From NCBI GenBank assembly GCA_038230375.1, contig JBBRNJ010000015.1, positions 1 through 64,000 on the forward strand: DNA of 64,000 bases, in the 5' to 3' direction. The position numbers and the translations under genes are program-made. Shown piece by piece: positions 8,717 to 18,234 of the stretch; position 1 is the stretch's first letter, and every line of letters begins with the position of its first letter. The notes under the pieces are model-generated. The model made no database searches, was not told where the DNA came from, and saw nothing but the letters and a program-made list of their open reading frames with translations. The DNA comes from Polyangiales bacterium (lineage in GTDB: Bacteria; Myxococcota_A; Polyangia; Polyangiales; Polyangiaceae).

Positions 8717-11262
8717 GGCGTGCCTCCCAGGTTGATCGCGAAGGTGAGGAAGATCTGGCGCGGCGCGCCCGCGGCGAAATGACGAACGGGCACGAGCGTG
8801 GGCCGGCTCTGAGAGCGGAAGTCGGACGCGTAGTTGAACTCGCCGCTCTTGTACTGGGCGTCGGTGAGGTTCGTGCTCATGAGCCCCAGCTGGAACTGCT
8901 TCCAGTCCAGCTGTACGCTCGCGTCGACCGTGAAGATGGTGTCGCTGCGCTGCCCGTACGGAAGCGCGCGCGGCCCCACGAGCGAGGCACCCGCGCCGAT
9001 GGCGCCGTGGAAGCCAGAGCCCAGCGCGGAGAGCGGGAGATCGGAGTGGAGCGAGTTGTCGCTGCGGACGACGACGTCCGGCACGTACGGCACGAGCAGG
9101 TGCGTGTCGTCGAAGGTGGAGCGCACGAGCGTGAAGTTCGCCGCGGTGTCGAAGAAGGAGCCCGCGAAGCGCGCGGAGCCGGCCCAGCCCGTGCGCGTGG
9201 TGCCGTTCGCGAGCGTGTTGCGGCCCTCGGTCTCGCTGAAGACCAGATCCTTGTCCACGTGCGTCTGGAAGAAGACGGACTTCACGAGGAGCGCGCGTGC
9301 CTCCGTGGAGTGCGCGTAGCTCAGGCCGCCCTCGTACGCGTCCACGCTGGCGAACGGCGCGGGCGAGTCCTGCGACACGTAGATGGGGTCGATGGAGCGG
9401 ATGCCCTTGCCGTAGCTGGCCGAGAGCGAGAAGTGCTCGTACGGGCCCAGGATGACGCTCGCGCGCGGAAGGAACGCGCCGCCAGCGGTGGTCACGCGCT
9501 GCGTGGGCTCACGGTATTTGCCGAAGTCGGACTGGGAGAGGCAGCTCGCGTCGCCCGGCGGGTTCGATGCGTCGGGGCTGCGAATGGACTTCACGGCGCA
9601 GCGGTTCAGCACGTCGAACGAGAGGATCTCACCGCGCGCGCCGCCGCGGAACGTGAGCCACTTGAGCGGCCGCAGGCTGGAATCGGCGTACATGCCCACG
9701 TCCGCGACCTTCGCGTTGAGATCGATGTCGCGCTTGTACGGCGCCTGCGTGTCCGCGCTGTTGCGGAACTGTGTGCCGTCCGAGTTGTCGTAGCGCGCGA
9801 AGTAGCCGACCTCCACGTCCTGCGGAAGGCCATACGCCGTCATGCGCTGCCGGTACCAGCCACGGTTGCCGACAGTGAGCGAGGAGATGTCGCGGTCGAT
9901 GAGATCGCCGCGCTGGGCGTGGGGCTGCTGCACGGGCTCCTGCACGTCGAGCAGGTAGCCGGTGAAGTTCTCCTTCACGCGCATGCCGCGCGAGATGAGG
10001 AACACCTGCTCGCCGATGGTGCCGGTGGAGACCTTCTGCTCGATGTCGCCGGAGATCGAGTAGCGCGAGCTCTGTCCGCCCTGGTTCGTGTCGTACGTGG
10101 AGAAGAAGCCCTTCTTGCCAGAGTCCACGTCGTCCTGCCGCAAGAGTCCCGCGGAGTGATAGCTGGACGCGTACGCCTGGCCGAGCACGCGGAAGCTGCC
10201 CTTGTCGCCCAGCTTGCCTTCGTACTGGGCCATGGCGCTGCCACGCTGCGCGTCGCGGTTCGCGCCGAAGCCGTCCGTCTTGTAGAGCTCGCCGCCGCCG
10301 AACGTGTGCTCGCTGGTGTTCGCGGGGCCCCACGTGAGGAGCATGCGCTGCGTGTTGAACGAGCCGTAGGTGGTCTTGGCGGTGATGCCGCGCTGCTGGA
10401 GCCCGAGCTCGTAGTCGGCGCTGCCGGCGACGGCGTAGTTGCCCTGCCGCGGATCGAACGGCCCCTCGACCACGCGGAGCGACGAGACGAGCTCCGGGAT
10501 GATGAAGTGCGTGTCCGCGTAGCCGTTTGCGTGCAGATTCCCCGTTTCGTTGATGGGGACGCCGTTGACGGAGAACTCGATGTCCTGGCCTTCGCGCGCG
10601 TCGAAGCCGCGGAGGAAGACCTGCTCGGCGTGGCCCTCGCCGCCCTCGTTCTGCAGGTAGATGCCGGGAGCGAGCGTGAGCAGCGCCGCGGCGTTCTTGC
10701 GCGGCACGCGCGCGAGCTCGCCCACGTGCAGATCGTAGTCGGAGGCACCACGAGACAGGTGCGGCGCGCGGGCGTGCACGTTCACGACGTCTTCTTCGTG
10801 GGCCTTGGGCGCGTCGGGAGAGGGGCTCTCCTTCGGCGTGACCTCCGGTGCGAGCGGAGGCGCGAAATGGATCGGCACACGGATGCGCGTGGGGAGCGGC
10901 TTGCCACCACGCGTGCCGGGCTGAAAGAGCCAGAGCCGGGCTGCGACAGCGGCTGCTTCGTCGAACACAGCGCCGCCGGAGTCGAGCACGTCGACCTTCG
11001 AGACATGCCCGCTGGCGTCGACGGTCACCGCGAGAACGACGAGCACGTCCTTGCCGCTCGTGAGCTCCGACGTGGGGTAGACCGCCTGCACGTCCCGCAC
11101 GCGTACGGGCGGCGCGACGTCATCATTCGCGTGATCGTGCTGCGAGCTCGTCTCCGGAGCGGGCCTATCCCGATCGCCATTGGCCTGCGCCCGCGCAACG
11201 CCCGAGAGCGTCAGAAGCGGGAGCGCCGCAGTAAGACATCGGTATAACCGGAGACGGTTCAT
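8713..11262 (-). CDS. TonB-dependent outer-membrane receptor with an N-terminal TonB C-terminal-like domain
   Basis: Signal peptide; YP..VTVDASGHV..FDEAAAVAARLWLFQPG (TonB_C); plug LRGFD..IEFSVNGVPIN; C-terminal NLTD..Y..GAPRQIFLTFAI; ATG at 11262. Confidence 0.92.
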   Translation of the reverse strand: MNRLRLYRCLTAALPLLTLSGVARAQANGDRDRPAPETSSQHDHANDDVAPPVRVRDVQAVYPTSELTSGKDVLVVLAVTVDASGHVSKVDVLDSGGAVFDEAAAVAARLWLFQPGTRGGKPLPTRIRVPIHFAPPLAPEVTPKESPSPDAPKAHEEDVVNVHARAPHLSRGASDYDLHVGELARVPRKNAAALLTLAPGIYLQNEGGEGHAEQVFLRGFDAREGQDIEFSVNGVPINETGNLHANGYADTHFIIPELVSSLRVVEGPFDPRQGNYAVAGSADYELGLQQRGITAKTTYGSFNTQRMLLTWGPANTSEHTFGGGELYKTDGFGANRDAQRGSAMAQYEGKLGDKGSFRVLGQAYASSYHSAGLLRQDDVDSGKKGFFSTYDTNQGGQSSRYSISGDIEQKVSTGTIGEQVFLISRGMRVKENFTGYLLDVQEPVQQPHAQRGDLIDRDISSLTVGNRGWYRQRMTAYGLPQDVEVGYFARYDNSDGTQFRNSADTQAPYKRDIDLNAKVADVGMYADSSLRPLKWLTFRGGARGEILSFDVLNRCAVKSIRSPDASNPPGDASCLSQSDFGKYREPTQRVTTAGGAFLPRASVILGPYEHFSLSASYGKGIRSIDPIYVSQDSPAPFASVDAYEGGLSYAHSTEARALLVKSVFFQTHVDKDLVFSETEGRNTLANGTTRTGWAGSARFAGSFFDTAANFTLVRSTFDDTHLLVPYVPDVVVRSDNSLHSDLPLSALGSGFHGAIGAGASLVGPRALPYGQRSDTIFTVDASVQLDWKQFQLGLMSTNLTDAQYKSGEFNYASDFRSQSRPTLVPVRHFAAGAPRQIFLTFAINLGGTP

Positions 11263-11291
11263 GGGAGCAAGGAGGATCAAAAGCCCGCCAT

Positions 11292-11320
11292 AATCTGACC
11301 CACGACCGACAATTCGTCAA
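11292..11320 (-). promoter_or_regulatory. Candidate sigma70-type promoter of the TonB receptor operon
   Basis: Minus strand TTGACG-N17-CAGATT with an AT-rich upstream tract (GGTAAAATTATGT). Confidence 0.4.
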
Positions 11321-11374
11321 ACATAATTTTACCCAAACCGGCAACGGCGGGGAGATCGACGGCGACCGCGACCT

Positions 11375-13420
11375 CTACAAGTCGACCTGCGTCCCCAGCT
11401 CGATCACTCTTGCTGGCGGGATGTGGAAGTACCCCGTCGCTGGCGGGGCGTTCCGCGCGAGATACGCGAAGATGCTCTCTTCGACCGTTCCCATCTCGCC
11501 CTTCGGTCCGGCGAGAAACGTCTCGCGGCCGAGGTAGTAGGTCGCGTCGTCCTCCTTCACGTCGATGAGGCCGCGCTTCTCGGCGGCGCGGAGCAGCTCG
11601 GGGACGTCCGGTCGCTCCATGAAGCCGTATCTGCCGATGACGCGGTAGACACCCTTCCCGAGCTTCTCACCCGTGAGGCGATCCTCGGACGCGACCTCCG
11701 GGACGTGCTCCGACACGATCGTGAGGAAGACGATGTGCTCGGGCACGACATGCATGCGCGTCGCCAGCTGTGCCAACGCGGGCGGCACCCCGTCCGGGTT
11801 CGACGCCATGAAGATGCCCACGCCGGGCGCGCGTGCGAGCTTGCCCTCGCTGACGACTCCGCGGAATGGTGCGCCGGACGCGCGCGGCTCGTCCAGGCTC
11901 TCCACGAACGCCGAGGTCTTCGTCATGTTGCGCACGACGAGCTCGTTGAGGATGCGACGACCGCGCTTCCAGATGAGCATGGCCGTGAAGAACACTGCGC
12001 CCACCGCGATGGGCACGTAGCCGCCGTCCATGAACTTCATGATGTTCGACCCGAAGAACGGAATGTCGAACGCGAGGAAGAGGCCGGTCACGGCGGCGCT
12101 CTTCCAGAGCGGCCATTTCCACACGTTCTTCGTGACGGAGAAGAACGCGATGGAGGTGATGCCCATCGTGCCCGTGACCGCGATCCCGTATGCCGCGGCC
12201 AGCTTGCTCGACTCCTTGAAAGTGATCACGAGCATGAGGCAGACAACGGCGAGCAGCCAGTTGATCTGCGGAACGTAGATCTGGCCCTCCGCCTCGCTCG
12301 CGGTGTGCTTGATGGTCACGCGCGGGAAGAAACCGAGCTGTACGGCCTGATGGGTGAGCGAGAATGCACCCGAGATGAGCGCCTGCGACGCGATGATCGT
12401 GGCGAGCGTGGCCAGGAGCACCATGAAGTACGTGAACCCGGTGGACGGCGACATCGCGAAGAACGGGTTGTCGAGCGCCTTCGGGTCGGAGAGCACGAGC
12501 GCGCCCTGGCCCAGGTAGCAGAGCGAGAGCGCCGGGAACACGAGGACCATCCACGCGATCCTGATGGGCCGCACGCCGAAGTGACCCATGTCCGCGTAGA
12601 GCGCCTCCCCACCGGTCACGGCAAGGACGACGGAGCCAAGGATGGCGATGCCCGTGAGGCCGTGCGCCTGAAAATAATATGCACCATGCACGGGATTCAG
12701 CGCGTGCAGGATGTGGGGGTTCTTCGTGATGTGGACCAGGCCAAGGCCACCAATGACAAAGAACCACGCCACCATCACGGGGCCAAACAGCTTGCCTACG
12801 AGCTCCGTGCCGTACTTCTGGATGAAGAAGAGGCCGAACAAGATGACGCACGTCGCGGGCACGAACGCGCTCTTCAGGACGAACGAGAACAGCCCGACGT
12901 TGACGATCGTGTCCGGGGCTACGGCGACACCCACGCCTTCCACCGCGCTCAGCACGCTGATGGCTGGTGTGATCATGCCGTCGCCATAGAGGAGCGCTGC
13001 GCCTGCGATGACCAGGATGGCCATCAGCGCGGTGCCACCGGTCTTCGTCTTGCGCACGGACTCCGGGAGCAGCGCGAGGAGCGCGAAGATGCCGCCCTCA
13101 CCGCGGTTGTTCGCGCGCATGATGAAGAGCAAGTACTTCACCGTCACGACGAGCGTCAGCGACCAGATGATGAGAGAGAGCACGCCGAGCACGTCCGCCT
13201 CGACCGGAGCGCCGGCGCGACCGCTGAGGCACTCCCTCAATGTGTAGAGCGGGCTCGTGCCGATGTCGCCGAAGACAACGCCGATCGCGGAGAAGACCAG
13301 ACCGCCGATGCGACCCGTAGGCCCGTGGGAGTGGGCGTGAACGGGCTTCGACTCCGACGGCTTCGACTCCGACGGTGCGGCCTTTTCCCCCGCCTTCGCC
13401 TTTTCGTTCTCGTTGGCCAT
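11375..13420 (-). CDS. kup: KUP/HAK/KT potassium uptake transporter
   Basis: GVVFGDIGTSPLY, GEGGIFAL, YGDGMITPAISVLSAVEG, GGEALYADMGHFG, GQIYVP, YGFME. Confidence 0.97.
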   Translation of the reverse strand: MANENEKAKAGEKAAPSESKPSESKPVHAHSHGPTGRIGGLVFSAIGVVFGDIGTSPLYTLRECLSGRAGAPVEADVLGVLSLIIWSLTLVVTVKYLLFIMRANNRGEGGIFALLALLPESVRKTKTGGTALMAILVIAGAALLYGDGMITPAISVLSAVEGVGVAVAPDTIVNVGLFSFVLKSAFVPATCVILFGLFFIQKYGTELVGKLFGPVMVAWFFVIGGLGLVHITKNPHILHALNPVHGAYYFQAHGLTGIAILGSVVLAVTGGEALYADMGHFGVRPIRIAWMVLVFPALSLCYLGQGALVLSDPKALDNPFFAMSPSTGFTYFMVLLATLATIIASQALISGAFSLTHQAVQLGFFPRVTIKHTASEAEGQIYVPQINWLLAVVCLMLVITFKESSKLAAAYGIAVTGTMGITSIAFFSVTKNVWKWPLWKSAAVTGLFLAFDIPFFGSNIMKFMDGGYVPIAVGAVFFTAMLIWKRGRRILNELVVRNMTKTSAFVESLDEPRASGAPFRGVVSEGKLARAPGVGIFMASNPDGVPPALAQLATRMHVVPEHIVFLTIVSEHVPEVASEDRLTGEKLGKGVYRVIGRYGFMERPDVPELLRAAEKRGLIDVKEDDATYYLGRETFLAGPKGEMGTVEESIFAYLARNAPPATGYFHIPPARVIELGTQVDL

Positions 13421-13555
13421 CGCCTCTGCCGCCCCTTTTTTGTCACGAGATCTGTGACGTCCGGGCTCTTTCTACCGTGTTTTCGCCAACATTTCGCAAT
13501 AGAGTGTGGACAAATTCTGACAGAGCCGTGACAATCGCGGCCGTATGGTCAGGCC

Positions 13556-14491
13556 ATGAGCCAAGGGCCTTCCCCCACCCTCCTTCGTCGCGCTGTGGGT
13601 CAGCTCCCGTTCTGGGGCGTGCACCTTGCGGCGGTCGTGTTCATCGCGATCTACGGCTTCTCCTGGAAGGGCCTCGGGATCGCGATCGCTGGCTACTACT
13701 TCCGGATGTTCTTCGTGACGGGCGCGTACCACCGGTACTTCTCGCACCGCACCTACAAGACCAGTCGCTGGTTCCAGTTCGTCCTCGCGTTCTTCTCCGA
13801 GACCACGTTCCAGAAGGGCGTGCTCTGGTGGGCGTCGCACCACCGCATGCATCACAAGCACTCGGACAAGCCGGGCGATCTTCACTCCATGAAGCTCGAC
13901 GGCTTCTACAGCTCGCACGTCGGCTGGATCCTGAATCCCGTCAACGACTCGACCGACATGAAGAACGTCCGAGACCTCGCGAAATATCCCGAGCTCGTGT
14001 GGCTCAACACGTACTGGTACGTGCCCGCGCTCATGTGGGCCGTCGGGTCGTATCTGATCGGCGGGGTCTTCGGCCTCACGTGGGGGATGTTCGTGTCCAC
14101 CACGCTGCTGTGGCACGGCACGTTCACCATCAACTCGATCACGCACTGGATGGGGCGCGTTCGCTACAAGTCCGGCGACGAGAGCAAGAACAGCTTCATC
14201 CTTGCCATCGTCACCATGGGCGAGGGCTGGCACAACAACCACCACTACTACCAGCGCGCGACCAACCAGGGCTTCTTCTGGTGGGAGATCGACCCGACCT
14301 ACTACATCCTTCGCGTCCTCCAGGCCGTGGGCCTGGTCTGGGACATCCACGTTCCGCCCGCGCACGTCCGTGACGGGGGTCGCATCGACGCACCCCAGCC
14401 ACGATCGACCGGCGAGAAGCCCGAGGCGATGGCAGAAGCGGTCGCACAAGCGGCACCCCTCGCGCTGCCATTGCCTGCCGACGCGGAGTGA
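13556..14491 (+). CDS. Acyl-CoA/acyl-lipid delta-9-type membrane desaturase
   Basis: Three His boxes: HRYFSH, HRMHH, GEGWHNNHH; WWEID. Confidence 0.93.
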   Translation: MSQGPSPTLLRRAVGQLPFWGVHLAAVVFIAIYGFSWKGLGIAIAGYYFRMFFVTGAYHRYFSHRTYKTSRWFQFVLAFFSETTFQKGVLWWASHHRMHHKHSDKPGDLHSMKLDGFYSSHVGWILNPVNDSTDMKNVRDLAKYPELVWLNTYWYVPALMWAVGSYLIGGVFGLTWGMFVSTTLLWHGTFTINSITHWMGRVRYKSGDESKNSFILAIVTMGEGWHNNHHYYQRATNQGFFWWEIDPTYYILRVLQAVGLVWDIHVPPAHVRDGGRIDAPQPRSTGEKPEAMAEAVAQAAPLALPLPADAE

Positions 14492-15393
14492 GATCGCTCC
14501 TCGCATGCGCGGCGCTCGGTGTTCTGGCCGCGTGCAACAAGACGAACGACATGGTGGTGGCGGACCTCGCTCCACCGAAGAAAGTCATCGACGCGGCCGC
14601 GCCCCTGGTGGACGCGGGCGCGCAGGCGAAGCGCTCGCCAGTATGGTCGCTCCCGCCGATCAAGAGCGGTGAGCCGCTTTCGGCCGTCAGGTTCACCGTC
14701 ACGCTCGACGAGCACTCGCTGCTCCTCGACGGTCAGAAGCTCGTGCCGTTGCCCAAGGACCCGCTCCAGGGATTCGATGCAGAATACAAGCGTTCTGGAA
14801 AGAGCGACCTCTATCTGTTGCCGCTCGCCGATGCCGTGAAGCACGCGCGCGGAGGCACAGGCCCCGACACCGCGGAGAGGGCACGGGTCGAGCTGGGGCC
14901 GGCCGTGACGTATCGCTTGCTGACGGAGATCTTGTTCACGCTCGGCCAGAGCGAGGTCACTGGCTTCAACCTCGTGGCTCCCTCCGCGGGTGGCAGCGTG
15001 CCCGCGGGTGACCTTTCAGAGATCCGCATCACACCTCCCAGGCTCGCCGGGCGATCCCTCGCGCCGTCGAAGCCCACGCTCGCCATCACGATCCTGGCCG
15101 TGCAGGATGGCATCGGCGTCAAGGCGCGTGGGGGAAACGTTGCGCCGGGCTGCACCGTGTCGGGCCCGGGGCTGACGTTCAAGAACGAAGCCGGAGGGCA
15201 CTACAGGCTCGCGGAGCTGGGACCGTGCCTGCGGAGGCTCAAGGCCGCAAGCCCGGACTACGCGGACGAGACCAACGTGACCTTCACCGCCAACCCGGGT
15301 GTCACCCTTCCGGACGTCTTCGCGCTCCTGGACGTGGCGCGCGGGGACAATCGCGACCTCTTCCCGGACGTGCTGTTCGGGATCGCGCGATAG
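14488..15393 (+). CDS. Lipoprotein with ExbD/TolR-like (AglS-like) periplasmic domains
   Basis: Lipobox LAAC; YRLLTEILFTLGQSE and ETNVTFTANPGV..LLDVAR..LFPDVLF resemble ExbD C-terminal folds. Confidence 0.6.
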   Translation: MRSLLACAALGVLAACNKTNDMVVADLAPPKKVIDAAAPLVDAGAQAKRSPVWSLPPIKSGEPLSAVRFTVTLDEHSLLLDGQKLVPLPKDPLQGFDAEYKRSGKSDLYLLPLADAVKHARGGTGPDTAERARVELGPAVTYRLLTEILFTLGQSEVTGFNLVAPSAGGSVPAGDLSEIRITPPRLAGRSLAPSKPTLAITILAVQDGIGVKARGGNVAPGCTVSGPGLTFKNEAGGHYRLAELGPCLRRLKAASPDYADETNVTFTANPGVTLPDVFALLDVARGDNRDLFPDVLFGIAR

Positions 15394-15405
15394 CCTGGCT
15401 GCTGG

Positions 15406-16215
15406 CTACCGACCAAAGCGCGGGTTCTCCGCGTACTGCGGGAGCGCGACGCTGTCTCTTTCGGAGCGCTCCGAGCGAACGAGGAGCCTGGTCGCACCGC
15501 ACACGCCCGCTGGAAGTACGATGAACCCGATCCCCGGGATGAGCAGTACCAGCGCGGAGAGCAATCCGAAGACGAATACACTGCCGAAGTTCTTGCCCAC
15601 GAACTCGAGCCGATCGCGCACCCGCGCGCCGCGCACGCCCAGCGGGTAGTCCAGGAAATCCCAGGCCACCATCATGGAGACGACCAGGAACTTGAGCGGC
15701 ACCGTCACGATCGCTGCTGGCGGGAAGAGCACCGTGATCAGCGCGAGCAGCGCAAGCACCGGAAGCCCGCACGCAAGGCTCACGAGCGTGACCCGGAGCG
15801 ATCGGAAGAACGACGCCCAGAGCGGCTCGTTCACTGCCCGCGGTTCTTGCCCCAGCGCGCGCTCCTGCTTCTTCGCGAGCGCCTCGAGCGCGAACCCGCT
15901 GATGGGTTGCGCCAGCGCGCACGCGACCACGAACGCGAGCACGATCGCGACGGCAATCAAGAGCACATACAGCACGGCCGCGCCAATGGCTCCAAGCGTG
16001 CCCTGCGTGCCCGCAACGACATGATGGTAGAGCGCAGTGGCGCCCCAGACACCGAGCGAGCCAGTGCCAGCGAAGAGCACGCCCGCGACGGTCATGGGCA
16101 CGAGCGCCCAGCCCCACGCGCTGGGCGTCACGATGATGAACCCGAACCCGCCGAAGAACGAGCTCACACCCGTGAAGATGTCGACCTTGCCGAGCCGCAC
16201 GACCGGGTGCATCAT
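15406..16215 (-). CDS. EI24/CysZ-like membrane protein
   Basis: Multiple TMs; AQPISGFALEAL, AWDFLDYPL, LLIPGIGFIVLPAGVCGATRL; start uncertain. Confidence 0.8.
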   Translation of the reverse strand: MMHPVVRLGKVDIFTGVSSFFGGFGFIIVTPSAWGWALVPMTVAGVLFAGTGSLGVWGATALYHHVVAGTQGTLGAIGAAVLYVLLIAVAIVLAFVVACALAQPISGFALEALAKKQERALGQEPRAVNEPLWASFFRSLRVTLVSLACGLPVLALLALITVLFPPAAIVTVPLKFLVVSMMVAWDFLDYPLGVRGARVRDRLEFVGKNFGSVFVFGLLSALVLLIPGIGFIVLPAGVCGATRLLVRSERSERDSVALPQYAENPRFGR

Positions 16216-17149
16216 GGTGAGCGTGCGCACGGAACCCTCGCGTGTCACGCGAAAGTTGATCATCATCGCTGCCGCCGCGATCGCGTGGGCAGCGTGCACA
16301 CCCAAGGACGACAAATCCAAGGGGGATCCCGGCTCGTCGTCGGCCTCCGTCGGCAGCCTTGCTTCCGGGCCGTTCGCCGTTGGCAGCCCGCCCGAGACGC
16401 TGCTCGAAGCGGTGAAGACGACAGACCTCACGAAGCCAGCGGTGCGCAGCGGCCTCCCCGCGCGCCTGAAGGAGCTCGCGCCGGATGGAAAGCAACCACG
16501 CGCAGCGAGCGTGATGCTCCGAGCGGTGGCGAACGGCGACGCAAAGGCAGGCGCCGCGCTGGGCTGCGAGCTCCTGGATCGGCTGCCCACGCTGCCCGCG
16601 AAGGATCCGGAGCTCCAGCTCTTCGTCGACTCCGCGCTGGTCGCTGTTGCGAACGGCAAGGGCACCTGCGTGGAGGCCGTGAACAAGCGCCTGGGCAAGG
16701 ATCGCTGTCTGCAGAGCATCCGTTGCACCAAGGACGGCGGACGCATCGCGATCGGCGCGGTCACGGACCAGCGTGAGCCGCTCTGCTCGACAGACGACAT
16801 GGCAAAAGAGGTCACGCGCGAGCTCGCGCGCACGAAGGAGGAGCTCCTCCAGGACAAGCCCGCCTACCAGACCGAGCGCTTCGCGTTCGCCGCACTTCGC
16901 GCGCTCGGCGCCGTACCCGAAGAAACCGAAAAGGCCCACGCACGGCGACAGTACGCCCTGAAGCAGGCCGACAAACCCGAATGCGGCATGGGCGTCCCGC
17001 TGGGCACGCCCTGCCACTGCGACGAAGCCGCCCTCCGAGATCAAGTCTGCCGCAACGACACCACCACGATCGCATTCTCCTTCTGCCGCATCGAAGTCAA
17101 CGACGCGAAGAAGGAGCTAGGCAATGTGGTGATGAGCACGCCGCCCTGA
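16214..17149 (+). CDS. Hypothetical Cys-rich lipoprotein
   Basis: RKLIIIAAAAIAWAAC lipobox; high GC3; many Cys; start uncertain (ATG 16214 or TTG 16256). Confidence 0.65.
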   Translation: MVSVRTEPSRVTRKLIIIAAAAIAWAACTPKDDKSKGDPGSSSASVGSLASGPFAVGSPPETLLEAVKTTDLTKPAVRSGLPARLKELAPDGKQPRAASVMLRAVANGDAKAGAALGCELLDRLPTLPAKDPELQLFVDSALVAVANGKGTCVEAVNKRLGKDRCLQSIRCTKDGGRIAIGAVTDQREPLCSTDDMAKEVTRELARTKEELLQDKPAYQTERFAFAALRALGAVPEETEKAHARRQYALKQADKPECGMGVPLGTPCHCDEAALRDQVCRNDTTTIAFSFCRIEVNDAKKELGNVVMSTPP

Positions 17150-17225
17150 GGTCGAGGTCGAGGTCGAGGTCGAGGGCGAGGTCGAGGTCGAGGTCGAGGT
17201 CGAGGTTGAGGTCGAGGTCGAAGTC
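17148..17225 (+). repeat. Hexamer tandem repeat (GAGGTC)x13, 3 variant units
   Basis: Read directly; lies between convergent genes and begins within the stop codon. Confidence 0.95.
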
Positions 17226-17241
17226 GAAGGTCACGTCGCGT

Positions 17242-18228
17242 TCACATCGAAGGCGGTTTCTTCGTTGCGGGCTTCTTTTTGGCTGGTTTCGGTACGATCA
17301 CCGCGTCCGCTCGGTCCTCCACCACGGCTCTCGCGCTTGCCTTCCGTAGCTCCAGCTCCTCCAGCGAACGCGGGAAGTCCTTTCCGAGCAGGCGCGACAG
17401 CGACCGATCCGCCAGCAGGCGACCCTCGGTCTGGCAGCGCGCGCAGTAGTTCGCTTCGTTCGACGCGTAGACGATGTGCTGCACCGGATCGCCGCAGCGC
17501 CTGCATGGCTTTCCGTAGCGGCCGTGCACGGTCATCTCCTCGCGGAACGCGGTGACCTTCTCCGGGAATGCGTCGGACTCCGAGATGAGCTTGTCGCGCC
17601 ACCACGTGAGGATCTTCTTGGTCGCGGTGAGGAGCGTCCGCGCTTCGTCGGGCGTCAGCGTCTTCGTGAGCTTGATCGGGCTCATCTGCGCCTCGAACAG
17701 GATCTCGTCGGAGTAGGCGTTCCCGATGCCCGACAGGATCGTCGGATCCGTCATCGAGCGCTTGAGCGTGTGGCTCTCGTGCGTGAGCGCCTCGAAGAAC
17801 GACTTTGGCGTTGCCGTGAGCGGCTCGATGCCGCCGGGATCCAGCGTTCGGTACGAGTCCTTGCCGGCGAAGAAGTGGAGCTGGGCGCGCTTCTGCGTGC
17901 TTGCTTCGGTGAAGAGCAGCGAGCCGCTCGGGAAGTCGAACGCGGCCATCCCGAGCTTTCCGGGGATCTTCGCGCCGGGATCACCCCAGCGGAAGCGGCC
18001 GGAGATCATCAGGTGAATGACGATGTAGTGGTGCTCCTCGAGCTCGATCACGATGCGCTTGGCCATCCGTGACACCGCCACGACCTTGCGATTCGAGAGC
18101 TCCTTGACCGACGGGGTCACTGTCCGGAGCAGGAATGGGCTCGCGAAACGCACGCCCGTGAGCGGCTGTCCGCGGGTGCGGCGCGCGATGTGCTCGACGT
18201 AGAGCTCGACGTCGGGTAGCTCCGGCAT
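17242..18228 (-). CDS. mutM: Fpg/Nei-family DNA glycosylase/AP lyase (MutM-like paralog)
   Basis: N-terminal MPELPDVE, IHLMISG, H2TH GIGNAYSDEIL, zinc finger CRRC..CARCQ. Confidence 0.9.
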   Translation of the reverse strand: MPELPDVELYVEHIARRTRGQPLTGVRFASPFLLRTVTPSVKELSNRKVVAVSRMAKRIVIELEEHHYIVIHLMISGRFRWGDPGAKIPGKLGMAAFDFPSGSLLFTEASTQKRAQLHFFAGKDSYRTLDPGGIEPLTATPKSFFEALTHESHTLKRSMTDPTILSGIGNAYSDEILFEAQMSPIKLTKTLTPDEARTLLTATKKILTWWRDKLISESDAFPEKVTAFREEMTVHGRYGKPCRRCGDPVQHIVYASNEANYCARCQTEGRLLADRSLSRLLGKDFPRSLEELELRKASARAVVEDRADAVIVPKPAKKKPATKKPPSM

Positions 18229-18234
18229 GACGCC

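Noticed and set aside
8698..11247. Long antisense ORFs (849 aa here; also 11423-13531, 20588-23584, 34464-36848, 43367-45334, 56152-58137)
   Set aside because: Shadow frames opposite well-supported genes; expected in high-GC DNA and lacking any motifs.
17148..17225. Hexamer arrays as CRISPR arrays or as coding RS/VE/ST repeats
   Set aside because: No spacers or cas genes; the dipeptide ORF extensions are artefacts upstream of the real starts.
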